DNA of 64,000 nucleotides from the human T2T-CHM13v2.0 reference genome, Homo sapiens. The notes below the pieces were generated by a model. It saw only the letters and a program-made list of their open reading frames with translations. It searched no databases and was not told the DNA's origin. Position numbers and translations under genes: made by a program. Of this stretch, positions 29,371-45,824 are shown piece by piece. How positions within the stretch are numbered: the first letter of the stretch is position 1; each line of letters opens with the position of its first letter. The DNA lies in NCBI RefSeq assembly GCF_009914755.1, contig NC_060926.1. The stretch is one strand, 5' to 3'.

Positions 29371-30131
29371 ATTCCATTTTCATAGATTCACCAGAAGAGC
29401 AGACATGCAAAGCCACTGTCATCAATTTCTCCCACAATGTACTCAACAAACTGTACCAAAAATAAATAAATAAATAAATAAACAGAAAACAGCACTAGCA
29501 ACTTGCTTCAGCTATAATATCAGCATGGTAACCCGTCTATGTTCTGAAGAAAATGCACACCTTCTTATTTCTTAAAATATGTAATATGAAATTCTGTAAG
29601 AAACTGCTTAAATAAAAGTAATGCTTTATACCAGAAAAAAAATTTTGTTCTTGCCTCTCATCTCTTGAGATCAGGCCAGTCCACCCCTGAAGGCAAAAAG
29701 GTAAAAGCTTCCCAGAAACATTTAGTTGGAGAAGGATAAATGCAGATTCATGGACTGCAAATATTTCTGACATTTACCTTTGTTGCCAGGGGTCACAGGA
29801 GTAATTAGATTTAAGGGAAAAATTAATGTTTAAGCCAAGAAAATACGTGTAATGGCACTTACATTACCTGGAATTTACTTTAAAATACGAGAACTATATG
29901 AATCATATGTGTTAGTTTTAATCTCCATTCTAATTGAGACATGCTCCAGGGGTAATCAACTGACTAACTCAAGAGAATTACACTCCCAGAGGAAGTGATC
30001 TTCCCTCCAATCCACACTAGTGATGGTAATCATAGGTGCTGCAGATATTAGAGATAAGTTTTCATTAGTGAAATTAATAGTGTTTAAGATGTGTGGACTG
30101 CCTCCTTCCATGAACATGATACAAAACTCTA

Positions 30132-30370
30132 GTGACTAAATGCAATGTGGTATTTTAGATTTGATTCTAGAACTGAAAAAGGGTATTTATGGAGAAAAGT
30201 CTGAAGTTTCGTTGAAAGTAATGTACCAACGTTGAATTCTTACTTTTGATAAATATACCATGATAATGCAGAAGGCTAACAATAGAGGAAACTGGGTAAA
30301 GTATATTAAAACTCTGTATTATATTTGCAATTTTTCTGTCAATCTCAAATTATTACCAAAAAAAAAAAAG
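30132..30370 (+). mobile_element. Old L1M 3' end
   Basis: 'gactaaatgcaatgtggtattttagatttgattctagaac...ctctgtattatatttgcaatttttctgt' followed by an A tail. Confidence 0.75.
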
Positions 30371-31139
30371 ATCCAGTGAGCATGGTAGACTGTGCCATTA
30401 AGGCTGGCATCTTAGGCTTGATTCTTAAAGACCCTACCTATAGTCTCTGTTCCAATGGATTCCTGTCTACCCAACCCTACGTAGTTAACAAAATCTTCCT
30501 GATAGAATGTGGTTGCAATTGCCGCAGGAAAAACTATCATGTAATGTGCACCTTAAGAGCACCTGAAAGGGCAGACAGTGGGAAATTCATAGGGCTTTTA
30601 AGACAGGTTGCATATTTGTTTTTACATTCTTGCTAATAAACACATTTACATGAAATGGAATGAAGTCTAAAAGTTGCTTTCACTGTAATCTGGTAAGAAA
30701 TCACCCCTAAATATTGGAGGTTAGAAATGTTCACTAAAGCAAAAGAACCTACTAGTTGTGCAGAACCAAAATGTCTCACATCAGTTTGTAACACAATACT
30801 CAAAACAGTTTTTCCACTGTAGCTTTTAATGACTATCATATATCAACGTTCCACAGTTAAGCAGCATAGCTAAGATGAAAACAGGTAGGTCAGAGGGGAT
30901 TCAATTTAGTTAACAGTAATGCTCAGTTCACACAGAAGGACACGCAAGAAGAATAACTCACCACGTATAAGACATAAAATTATTTATAAGGTCAGAAAAA
31001 ATAAATAAAGAGAGCTAGCTCAAACAGTATGATTTTAGGATTTATAGAAGAAAGTAGATGCTTAAAGCCAGGGAACGAGCCCTACAAAACCCAGCAGCCT
31101 TGTGGCATGCAACACTAGGGTGGGTTCAGATCAGGAGAA

Positions 31140-31330
31140 AAGCATTATTTCATTTCATCTTCACAACAAGCTAACGTAGTAGGTACTATCATTCCATTTT
31201 ACATGGGAAGAATCAAAGCTCTTTTGTAGGTAAAGTAATAATAACAGGCCCAAGCTCAGAAAGCTAGAAAGTAGTGAGACCAGCATCACACCCAGGATCA
31301 TTACTTCAAAGGGTTTTCCTCTATCCTGCA
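31140..31330 (-). mobile_element. MIR
   Basis: 'catttcatcttcacaacaa...aggtactatcattccattttacatgggaagaatcaaagct...cccaagctcagaaagctagaaagt'. Confidence 0.75.
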
Positions 31331-31790
31331 GTCTTTCTTGTATTTCATCCTCACTAGGAAACGTGAGTAACAAAAAAAAAAAAAAAAAAAAAAAAAAAGA
31401 AAGAAAAAGAAAATCCTATCACTGCCAATTCATACCTAATTTTATACAGAAAATTTCTAATAGACACTAGTTATAAAAAATTTGCTTCCCAATTATGTTT
31501 CAGAAACTTATATATGAATATTAGAAAGTCACTTGAATCCCTTCATTTTATTTTATTTTATTTTATTTCATTTTATTTTTTTATTATTCTACTTTAAGTT
31601 TTAGGGTACATGTGCACATTGTGCAGGTTAGTTACATATGTATACATGTGCCATGCTGGTGCGCTGCACCCACTAACTCATCATCTAGCATTAGGTATAT
31701 CTCCCAATGCTATCCCTCCCCCCTCCCCCCACCCCACCACAGTCCCCAGAGTTTGATATTCCCCTTCCTGTGTCCATGTGATCTCATTGT

Positions 31791-35636
<3,846 letters not shown>

Positions 35637-35672
35637 TTAGTTGATGCAGTTTCTTCCTAGTCTCGATGGTCT

Positions 35673-36689
35673 TTACATTTTGGCATGACTTTGCAGCGGC
35701 TGGTACCGGTTGTTCCTTTCCATGTTTAGTGCTTCCTTCAGGAGCTCTTTTAGGGCAGGCCTGGTGGTGACAAAATCTCTCAGCATTTGCTTGTCTGTGA
35801 AGTATTTTATTTCTCCTTGACTTATGAAGCTTAGTTTGGCTGGATATGAAATTCTGGGTTGAAAATTCTTTTCTTTAAGAATGTTGAATATTGGCCCCCA
35901 CTCTCTTCTGGCTTGTAGGGTTTCTGCCGAGAGATCCGCTGTTAGTCTGATGGGCTTCCCTTTGAGGGTAACCCGACCTTTCTCTCTGGCTGCCCTTAAC
36001 ATTTTTTCCTTCATTTCAACTTTGGTGAATCTGACAATTATGTGTCTTGGAGTTGCTCTTCTCGAGGAGTATCTTTGTGGCGTTCTCGGTATTTCCTGAA
36101 TCTGAACGTTGGCCTGCCTTGCTAGATTGGGGAAGTTCTCCTGGATAATATCCTGCAGAGTGTTTTCCAACTTGGTTCCATTCTCCCCATCACTTTCAGG
36201 TACACCAATCAGACGTAGATTTGGTCTTTTCACATAGTCCCATATTTCTTGGAGGCTTTGCTCATTTCTTTTTATTCTTTTTTCTCTAAACTTCCCTTCT
36301 CGCTTCATTTCATTCATTTCATCTTCCATTGCTGATACCCTTTCTTCCAGTTGATCGCATCGGCTCCTGAGGCTTCTGCATTCTTCACGTAGTTCTCGAG
36401 CCTTGGTTTTCAGCTCCATCAGCTCCTTTAAGCACTTCTCTGTATTGGTTATTCTAATTATACATTCTTCTAAATTTTTTTCAAAGTTTTCAACTTCTTT
36501 GCCTTTGGTTTGAATGTCCTCCCGTAGCTCAGAGTAATTTGATCGTCTGAAGCCTTCTTCTCTCAGCTCGTCAACGTCATTCTCCATCCAGCTTTGTTCC
36601 ATTGCTGGTGAGGAATTGTGTTCCTTTGGAGGAGGAGAGGCGCTCTGCGTTTTAGAGTTTCCAGTTTTTCTGTTCTGTTTTTTCCCCAT
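35673..36689 (-). CDS. L1 ORF1p (RNA-binding chaperone), intact 338 aa
   Basis: MGKKQNRK...; coiled coil, RRM and CTD; REKG, ARR and YPAKLS motifs retained; no stops. Confidence 0.95.
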   Translation of the reverse strand: MGKKQNRKTGNSKTQSASPPPKEHNSSPAMEQSWMENDVDELREEGFRRSNYSELREDIQTKGKEVENFEKNLEECIIRITNTEKCLKELMELKTKARELREECRSLRSRCDQLEERVSAMEDEMNEMKREGKFREKRIKRNEQSLQEIWDYVKRPNLRLIGVPESDGENGTKLENTLQDIIQENFPNLARQANVQIQEIPRTPQRYSSRRATPRHIIVRFTKVEMKEKMLRAAREKGRVTLKGKPIRLTADLSAETLQARREWGPIFNILKEKNFQPRISYPAKLSFISQGEIKYFTDKQMLRDFVTTRPALKELLKEALNMERNNRYQPLQSHAKM

Positions 36690-37591
36690 CTTTGTGGTTT
36701 TATCTACTTTTGGTCTTTGATGATGGTGATGTACAGATGGGTTTTCGGTGTGGATGTCCTTTCTGTTTGTTAGTTTTCCTTCTAACAGACAGGACCCTCA
36801 GCTGCAGGTCTGTTGGAATACCCTGCCCTGTGAGGTGTCAGTGTGCCCCTGCTGGGGGATGCCTCCCAGTTAGGCTGCTCGGGGGTCAGGGGTCAGGGAC
36901 CCACTTGAGGAGGCAGTCTGCCAGTTCTCAGATCTCCAGCTGCGTGCTGGGAGAACCACTGCTCTCTTCAAAGCTGTCAGACAGGGACACTTAAGTCTGC
37001 AGAGGTTACTGCTGTCTTTTTGTTTGTCTGTGCCCTGCCCCCAGAGGTGGAGCCTACAGAGGCAGGCAGGCCTCCTTGAGCTGTGGTGGGCTCCACCCAG
37101 TTGGAGCTTCCCGGCTGCTTTGTTTACCTAAGCAAGCCTGGGCAATGGCGGGCGCCCCTCCCCCAGCCTTGCTGCCGCCTTGCAGTTTGATCTCAGACTG
37201 CTGTGCTAGCAATCAGCGAGACTCCGTGGGCCTAGGACCCTCCCAGCCAGGTGTGGGATATAATCTCGTGGTGCGCCGTTTTTTAAGCTGGTCTGAAAAG
37301 CGCAATATTCGGGTGGGAGTGACCCAATTTTCCAGGTGCGTCCGTCACCCCTTTCTTTGACTCGGAAAGGGAACTCCCTGACCCCTTGCACTTCCCAAGT
37401 GAGGCAATGCCTCGCCCTGCTTCGGCTCACGCACGGTGCACGCACCCACTGGCCTGCGCCCACTGTCTGGCACTCCCTAGTGAGATGAACCCGGTACCTC
37501 AGATGGAAATGCAGAAATCACCCTTCTTCTGCGTCACTCACGCTGGGAGCTGTAGACCGGAGCTGTTTCTATTCGGCCATCTTGGCTCCTC
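36690..37591. promoter_or_regulatory. L1 5'UTR with sense Pol II promoter (YY1 site) and antisense promoter
   Basis: YY1 motif CAAGATGGCCG intact near 37574-37584 (minus strand); CpG-rich 37000-37590; antisense promoter inferred from known L1 architecture. Confidence 0.8.
37145..37360 (+). CDS. L1 ORF0 (antisense 5'UTR ORF), intact 71 aa
   Basis: MAGAPPPALLPPCSLISDCCASNQRDSV...RCVRHPFL*; strong Kozak gcaATGG; splice donors cag|gtgtgg (37251) and cag|gtgcgt (37336). Confidence 0.85.
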   Translation: MAGAPPPALLPPCSLISDCCASNQRDSVGLGPSQPGVGYNLVVRRFLSWSEKRNIRVGVTQFSRCVRHPFL

Positions 37592-39489
37592 GAATCCCTT
37601 CATTTTAATCCAGCCACTATGAACAACATAAATGGGCTTGCCCAAGCTCAACTCAGGTCTGAGGCAACGTTAAGGGCAAACCACAAGAAAACCTTCCTGG
37701 AGTGTCAAATTTTACCCTACATTGAATAATTTAAAACAGTATTTTTATGTTGAAACAAAAAATATACAAAACAGAATACTATATCTGCATGAATTTTTAA
37801 AGTAATACATTGCAGAGAAACTTCAGACTTAACAGCAGCACGCTTTGAACCATATTTCAAGCCCCAGGGGTTTATAGCCCTGTCCTAGAAGGAGTCCACT
37901 TGAAATTTTTAAGAAACATATTTAAGTGACTTTTATGTCCTGGTTAAAATTTTATAAGCAGTCATGTAAATTAATTTTTAAAAAAGGCTCACAGACTTGA
38001 AAACTACCAGGTTTCACTTCTGATTATTTCCACATTTTAAAAATACAATGATAATGATTCCTTAATTTCTTGTTCATAAAGCCCATAAAAGATTGAGTGA
38101 TTTGGTTTCCTCTAAAAGGTTCTTTTTCCTCTTCTAGAAAATGAGTCCCATAGCAGGAACTAAAAAGATGATGATGGAGGTGATAGCAACTGTAATGGTG
38201 GTAGTAACTTTGATTAGAGTTCCCATATTTACCAAGAGATCATTTGGGCCATCACTTAATATGCAAAATTCTTCCCTCAATAAACATGACCTATACTTTT
38301 AAAAATATCTCTTTAAATGATTCAGTTACATAAATGTGTAATGATTTCAATTATATAAACGCATTACCAAGCAATTAATTAAATATTAACATTGGTACCT
38401 ATATTATTAAAAATTGACTAGTGGAAAGCAGAGTCAACTGTATTATTTTTAATTACGTATATTAAATTACATAAAAACAACATTACACTATTCTGTTCTC
38501 CACATAAGAGGCAGAACATACTTGGCCTCACCTATTTAAAACTGATTTGTTGCCAGAAACAACCAAACACTAATAGATTTTCAAAGTCAGTGGTGAGAAT
38601 CAGGGGCAGAAACACCAGGACTAGAACCTTGGTATCCTGGAATTATAATCCTGGCCTCAACCAACCAGAACAGGATGCTCCTTCAAAAGCAAAACAAAAC
38701 AAAAGAAAAAAGGAAGGCTTTTCTATTGTACACATCCAAGGCACTGTCAGCACATCACTGTTTCATTGTTCTGCCCATTCTTCATGGGAGCAGTCACAAT
38801 TATGTGGTCATGCCTGGTTCTTTTCCTAATTCTAATAAAAGAATGAGGAGAAAGAATTCCACATCCCTCTAACTTTTCATTCTGCAGAACTCCAAATTTA
38901 CTGTTTAAATGTTTCATTCAAAGACTTGGGTAACCATGAATGAGAACAGTCAGGTACCTGGAAACTCTCTGGCTTTCTCTTTTTCTACATTAGTGAAATG
39001 CTCCAAAAACCGTTAAATGAGACTTCCTTTATCTGTGCAGGGAGTTGGGGTTACCCAGAACCAGGAGAGTGATTTGACTAATGAGAGCAATTCTTGCCAT
39101 GACTCTCTCATCATTTTCTCAGAAACAGAAATCAAATGAGGCTGAAGCTTATAACCACATGCAGAAGCCACACCACATGGAATCAATATTCCTACACACA
39201 ATTACCCTGTAATATTTAAGACAAAAGAATGTTCTGGTATTCCAGAGCAAAACCATCCTACTAAGAACTCAAAGGACTTCTGGCTCTTGTGTACCTCCCC
39301 ATGTGCTGCTAGCTGTGATCAAGAATGATATTTTGGAAGGGGAATATGGTAACATATTTCAGGAGGAAAAACATGTTGCCATCTCCCTTCACACTTTGGT
39401 GAGTGACTCAATTTTGTTTGGTAATAGGAACTCATATAAATTATTATTAATACATTTAAAAGGTATTTTATTATTACTAAAAAAGAGTT

Positions 39490-39640
39490 GAGGTGGATTC
39501 TGGTCTTTCCACCACTAATTCTCTTTGTGATCTCGGGCAAGTCACAACCCACCTGAACCTTACTTCTTCATCTGTCACACAGGAATAATACCCCTCATGC
39601 CAGGCTCAAATGGCTATAAGGATTTAAAAAATTAACAGAA
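39490..39640 (+). mobile_element. MIR
   Basis: 'ccaccactaattctctttgtgatctcgggcaagtcacaacccacctgaacctt...tcatctgtcac'. Confidence 0.7.
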
Positions 39641-39679
39641 AAGAATGCTACACAAACATACATAAATATTACATTGTTA

Positions 39680-39976
39680 TGAATAGATGGCCAGGGCCTT
39701 AGGACAAGGAGTGTGCTCATGTTCATCCATACTCTCCTTCCCTTTTTGATGGCTGGAATCCAGACATGGTGATGGCCAGCTACAACCATGCCAGTGAACA
39801 AGTCTACACTAGGAGATAACAATTTGGAAAGCACCTGAGTGACCATGAAGAGCAACAATGTCTGGCCACCTGGCCCACTCACACTGGAACTGTCACATGG
39901 GAAACAAACATCTCTGTTCTTTTGGCCATTTTCTTATTGGATTTCTTTGTCATATCAGCCTGCCCTAACTAATACA
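39680..39976 (+). mobile_element. MLT1 (MaLR) LTR fragment
   Basis: 'ggtgatggccagctacaaccatg...tgccctaactaataca' end motif. Confidence 0.6.
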
Positions 39977-39984
39977 GTTATTAG

Positions 39985-40351
39985 CTGGAGGTCACAAATG
40001 AACCCAGGCAAACAAAATCCCACTCCTACTTGTTTTATTTGGCTCTAACAATGTTGGCCTACTCAGTATTCTGTTTGCAAGTTTGTTTAATTTTTACTTA
40101 GACATCAACATGTAAAAATTAGATTTCATATAAGAATCTAAGATACTTTGGAAAAAGAAAAAAATCAGAAGATCTGGCAATAATTCTTATTTACAAATGG
40201 CAACACTTGCCTGCAACTGAATAGACTTGTCCTCTTTAAAGGGTGCATGTGCTGTCCAGTTCCCCAAAACCTCCCACTCTTACAGCAAGCCTGCTTTATT
40301 TAGTTTTCCTGTGCTAAGCAAGCCTTGGTAAATATTTGACTTTGCAACCCT
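39985..40351 (-). mobile_element. MER102-like hAT element
   Basis: 'aaaatcagaagatctggcaa...tttaaagggtgcatgtgct...atttgactttgcaaccct'. Confidence 0.65.
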
Positions 40352-40499
40352 CATTAAATAAATGTATGGACATTTAGAATTCTAGGGATGCATACAATGT
40401 TATGAAGCTCAGGCCTGGACAGTAATAGATTAAAATAATTTCTACCAAACTCCTCTCCATGAAGTTCTGCCTACTAATTATATTATGCCTAACAGATAA

Positions 40500-42137
<1,638 letters not shown>

Positions 42138-42153
42138 AACATTACGATCTTCC

Positions 42154-42773
42154 CAGTGTGGCGATTCCTCAAGGATCTAAAACTAGAAATACCATTTGAC
42201 CCAGCAATCCCATTACTGGGTATATACCCAAAGGATTATAAATCATTCTACTATAAAGGCACGTGCATATGTATGTTTATTGCAGCACTGTTCACAATAG
42301 CAAAGACTTGGAACCAACCCAAATGTCCATCAATGATAGACTGGATAAAGAAAATGTGGCACATATACACCACGGAATACTATGCAGCCATAAAAAAGGA
42401 TGAGTTCATGTCCTTTGCAGGGACATGGATGAAGCTGGAAACCATTATTCTCAGCAAACTATCACAAGAACAGAAAACCAAACACCACATATTCTCACTC
42501 ATAAGTGGGAGTTGAACAAGGAGAACATAGGGACACAGGGAGGGGAACATCACATACCAGGGCCTGTCAGGGGGTGGGTGTCTAGGGGAGGGACAGCATT
42601 AGGAGAAATACCTAATGTAGGTGACGGGTTGATGGGTGCATTAAAACACCATAGCACGTGTATACCAATGTATTAAAACTGCACATTCTGCACATGTAGC
42701 CCAGAACTTAAAGTATAATAATTTAAAAAATAGTATGTGCAATAGGGAATAAAAGTTAATATTAAAAAAAAAA
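42154..42773 (+). mobile_element. 5'-truncated L1PA (older than L1PA2) with extra 3' segment
   Basis: ORF2 C-terminus (VWRFLKDL...SGS*) plus 3'UTR; TSD acattacgatcttcc (42139-42153) / aaattaccatcttcc (42771-42785). Confidence 0.93.
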
Positions 42774-44027
42774 TTACCATCTTCCAGGGCACATTCCTCC
42801 ACACTGGCTACAATGACCTCTGGAGAGATCTTATCAACTACCTTGCTATCATCTATATTTATTGCTTATATTATTTTATTTTACTTATAGTAACACTAGT
42901 AAGGAGAAGGAGAGCAAAGAGGTGGGGAAAAGAGGAGAAGGAGGAGGGACACATTAATTTGGCATAACTTAGCGTGGCTCAGTGAACTCTTCTGTCTAGG
43001 CTGCTCCCCAAGATATCTTATTAAGAAAATACACTGAAAATATTTGGGGAAGGAAGTTGAAGAAAGTCAGATAACATACAGTTTCTTCAGCTATCATATT
43101 AATATTTTTAGGTGCATACCATGTAATTTTTCTGGTGTGGAGACCAACTGAATTTCCCCTTACTATTCTTACCTTAAATAAGATTGCAATTGCATCTTAG
43201 TCATGTTTGTTTTAAGACCAAAACAGATGCTTAGCTACTATGTTTTAATTATTTGTGGTAACCAGGAATTGGACAGCTGATCTTTTGGTGAACTTATAAA
43301 TTATAATGTTATGAAAATGTTCAAACAGGTAATCTTAACCTCTGTAGAGAAACTGTAGCAAAGATCCCTATGTTGATTACGAGTTAGCAACCAATGACCT
43401 CTATCTATTTCCAGTGTTAAGTTTCTAGCATAAAAATGTTTATTATTGACGTGGGATAGAGCCCCTTCCATAACAGGAAGCAACCTCAACCACCACAAAT
43501 GAAACTTGCCCTTTAAATTATTTTGAATCACAACAGCCAAGAGACTACTCATCTTTTTTTGTGTGTGGGGGGGGGTATCTTTTATCTAATTCTCAATTCT
43601 TCCTCCACCCTCCTGCCTTCCCCTTCAGTTTGCAGGCTGCAGGATGGAAGAGCTTCTATTCCTTAATCTCAGCAAAGTCATATGTATCCTTGTCCATGAC
43701 ACTGGAAAAGGAATATATAGGTGTAATTTCATTCTTTATTTTCCATTAACAATGTGTTTAACTAGACAAGAAGCTCTGTTACTGTCACCTTAAACTAGCC
43801 TGACTTTTTTCTGGCTCAACTTATCTCACTGTAAAACAGTTATAAGGTCAATGGTAGACTCGAGAATTTAATTAAGTGTGTAAGATGAAAGCTTTACAAC
43901 TGCTTCCATTTTGCTTTGTATCAAGAACAAGAAACCAAATTTTTCTTAGGACTAAAATATAATACTAGCTTTCTGGAAAATAATTATTGTACATAATTTA
44001 TAACCTCATTGCTATGAACCACCTTAC

Positions 44028-44202
44028 CTAGTGCATCTGCTACTTTGATACTGTTCATGAGCTGTCAGCTGGGCTGGGGATTTGATTTGTTTTTCTGTTG
44101 CTGCTCCCTGATTTACTGTTGCACATTATTCCCAGAATCCTGATTTCATTTGCTTTCACTGATAATATGTATCTGCTAAGAAGTCCCAACTTTGTGTCTA
44201 AA
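44028..44202 (-). other. Candidate exon in non-repetitive DNA
   Basis: Acceptor 'tgtctgatctcatttag|tttag|' and strong donor TAG|GTAAGG (GT at 44027-44026); motif evidence only. Confidence 0.35.
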
Positions 44203-45758
44203 CTAAATGAGATCAGACAATTTGAAAGTAGTATGTATAATTTTAGCATCCTTTACAAGATCAGGTATTTATAGTTCTATTTCACAGAAGTATTTCCTGA
44301 CCACAGGAAAGCTTCACTCTCACTGTAAATGAGTCTTCGGTGTGTGTCAGGGCCTCCGTTTTTGTGCAGGAAAAAAAAAAAAATCTTTACTCTACTTTGT
44401 TCTTCAACTATGTAGCCCTTCCCTGCCTCATGCACTAAACTGCTCATATGTCAGCATTAATAAACAGGTATAAATTATTAGTAGCAACGTACTCTGAGAT
44501 CTCAATTCAGTGAGTGTGAAATACTAGGGAGGAATTTGTTACTTTTCTTCTCTTTAAATAATATATAGCCTAAGGAGCATGGAAGAATCTTTTCAGCCTC
44601 AGAAATGAGAACGGGGTTGAAATGATAGCTGAATCTTCTTCTAGTCTCTGATGCCTCACTCCATCTCCCATAAATATCAGAAGAGAGTCTGCATATTCTG
44701 GTAAATGTAGGCCAGCTGCTGTGACGCAGGAGGGAGAGCTGGGGCTTTGAGATATAAATTTTTCAAAGAGCTAAAAGTAGCTCCCAAGAACCTGCTTAAC
44801 ACAATCGCCTGCCCCGGCCTCAGAAAGCACTTCCATTGTCAGTCTCTACTGTGAAACAAGATGCTGCTTGCTTTGCCTACTCCAGTGGCTTCACCTGGCA
44901 GGGTGTGGCTGACTAGAATGAGCGGGATAGGGTAGACATCTCACTGCAAGTCCAAGATACCAAAATCAAATCCTATTTCAATTGCCACTTAGTTCTCCAC
45001 ATCTTAATGGAGAAATTTTTGAAACAGCAAATACTAACTTAACAAAGTGGCTAACTCCCCAACTAATCTATGTCCCCTTCAGTCTATACCAATTTGCACG
45101 ACAAAACGATTAGGAAGAAAACAAATTGTCAATATAACAAAAAAAAAAAAACAAAAAACCCACTCTCCTTCAACTGCTAAAAACGCTAGCCCCTAAAACT
45201 CACATTTAAAGCTTCATCAGTTTCATTTCTCACAACACTCCCATAAGAGAGAAAAATAGATTTCCCAGTTTGTGAAAATCAGTGCTGTATTCATAAAGCT
45301 GGCAAAGACTCCAAATGAAGAAACACAAAATCAAGATCAGTACTAAACTAGATGTGGGTGGATCCTTGCCACCACTGTGAGAACTGCAGCCTGTTTACCA
45401 TGCTAGTTTTGTTATTCTTAAGCGCCACTTCAAACATAATGTATAGCAAAGGACAAGATTCCAAATACATCAATGTTAAACATGTAATACCATACCACAT
45501 CAAATTTACATGCAGCGGTTAGAGTGGTGAGTTTGGTATAATGCCTTGGATAACATACTAAAAGATAAGAGACTTACTAAAGGCAAATTATAAGGCAATT
45601 TAATTATAAGGCTCAAGCACACTGCACTTAGATCCTGTAAGTGAGAATGCTGCATCAAAATCCCTTATCCGCTTACCACATACCTTTCTGGGTCTAATGT
45701 CTGTGGCACAGTCGACCCTAAATGTGTACATAATAGTCCTGGATATTCTCTGCCTTAC

Positions 45759-45824
45759 CCTCTCCTCATCGATCCCAAATCATCACAGTCACCTTGGAAA
45801 TGCAGAGGTGCTATGAGTTCAAAA
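45759..45824 (-). other. Candidate 66-nt exon (alternative donor gives 141 nt, ending 45684)
   Basis: Acceptor 'ctaaactgtttctgctttctctgtttttgctag|', donors AGG|GTAAGG (45758) and AAG|GTATGT (45683); motif evidence only. Confidence 0.3.
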
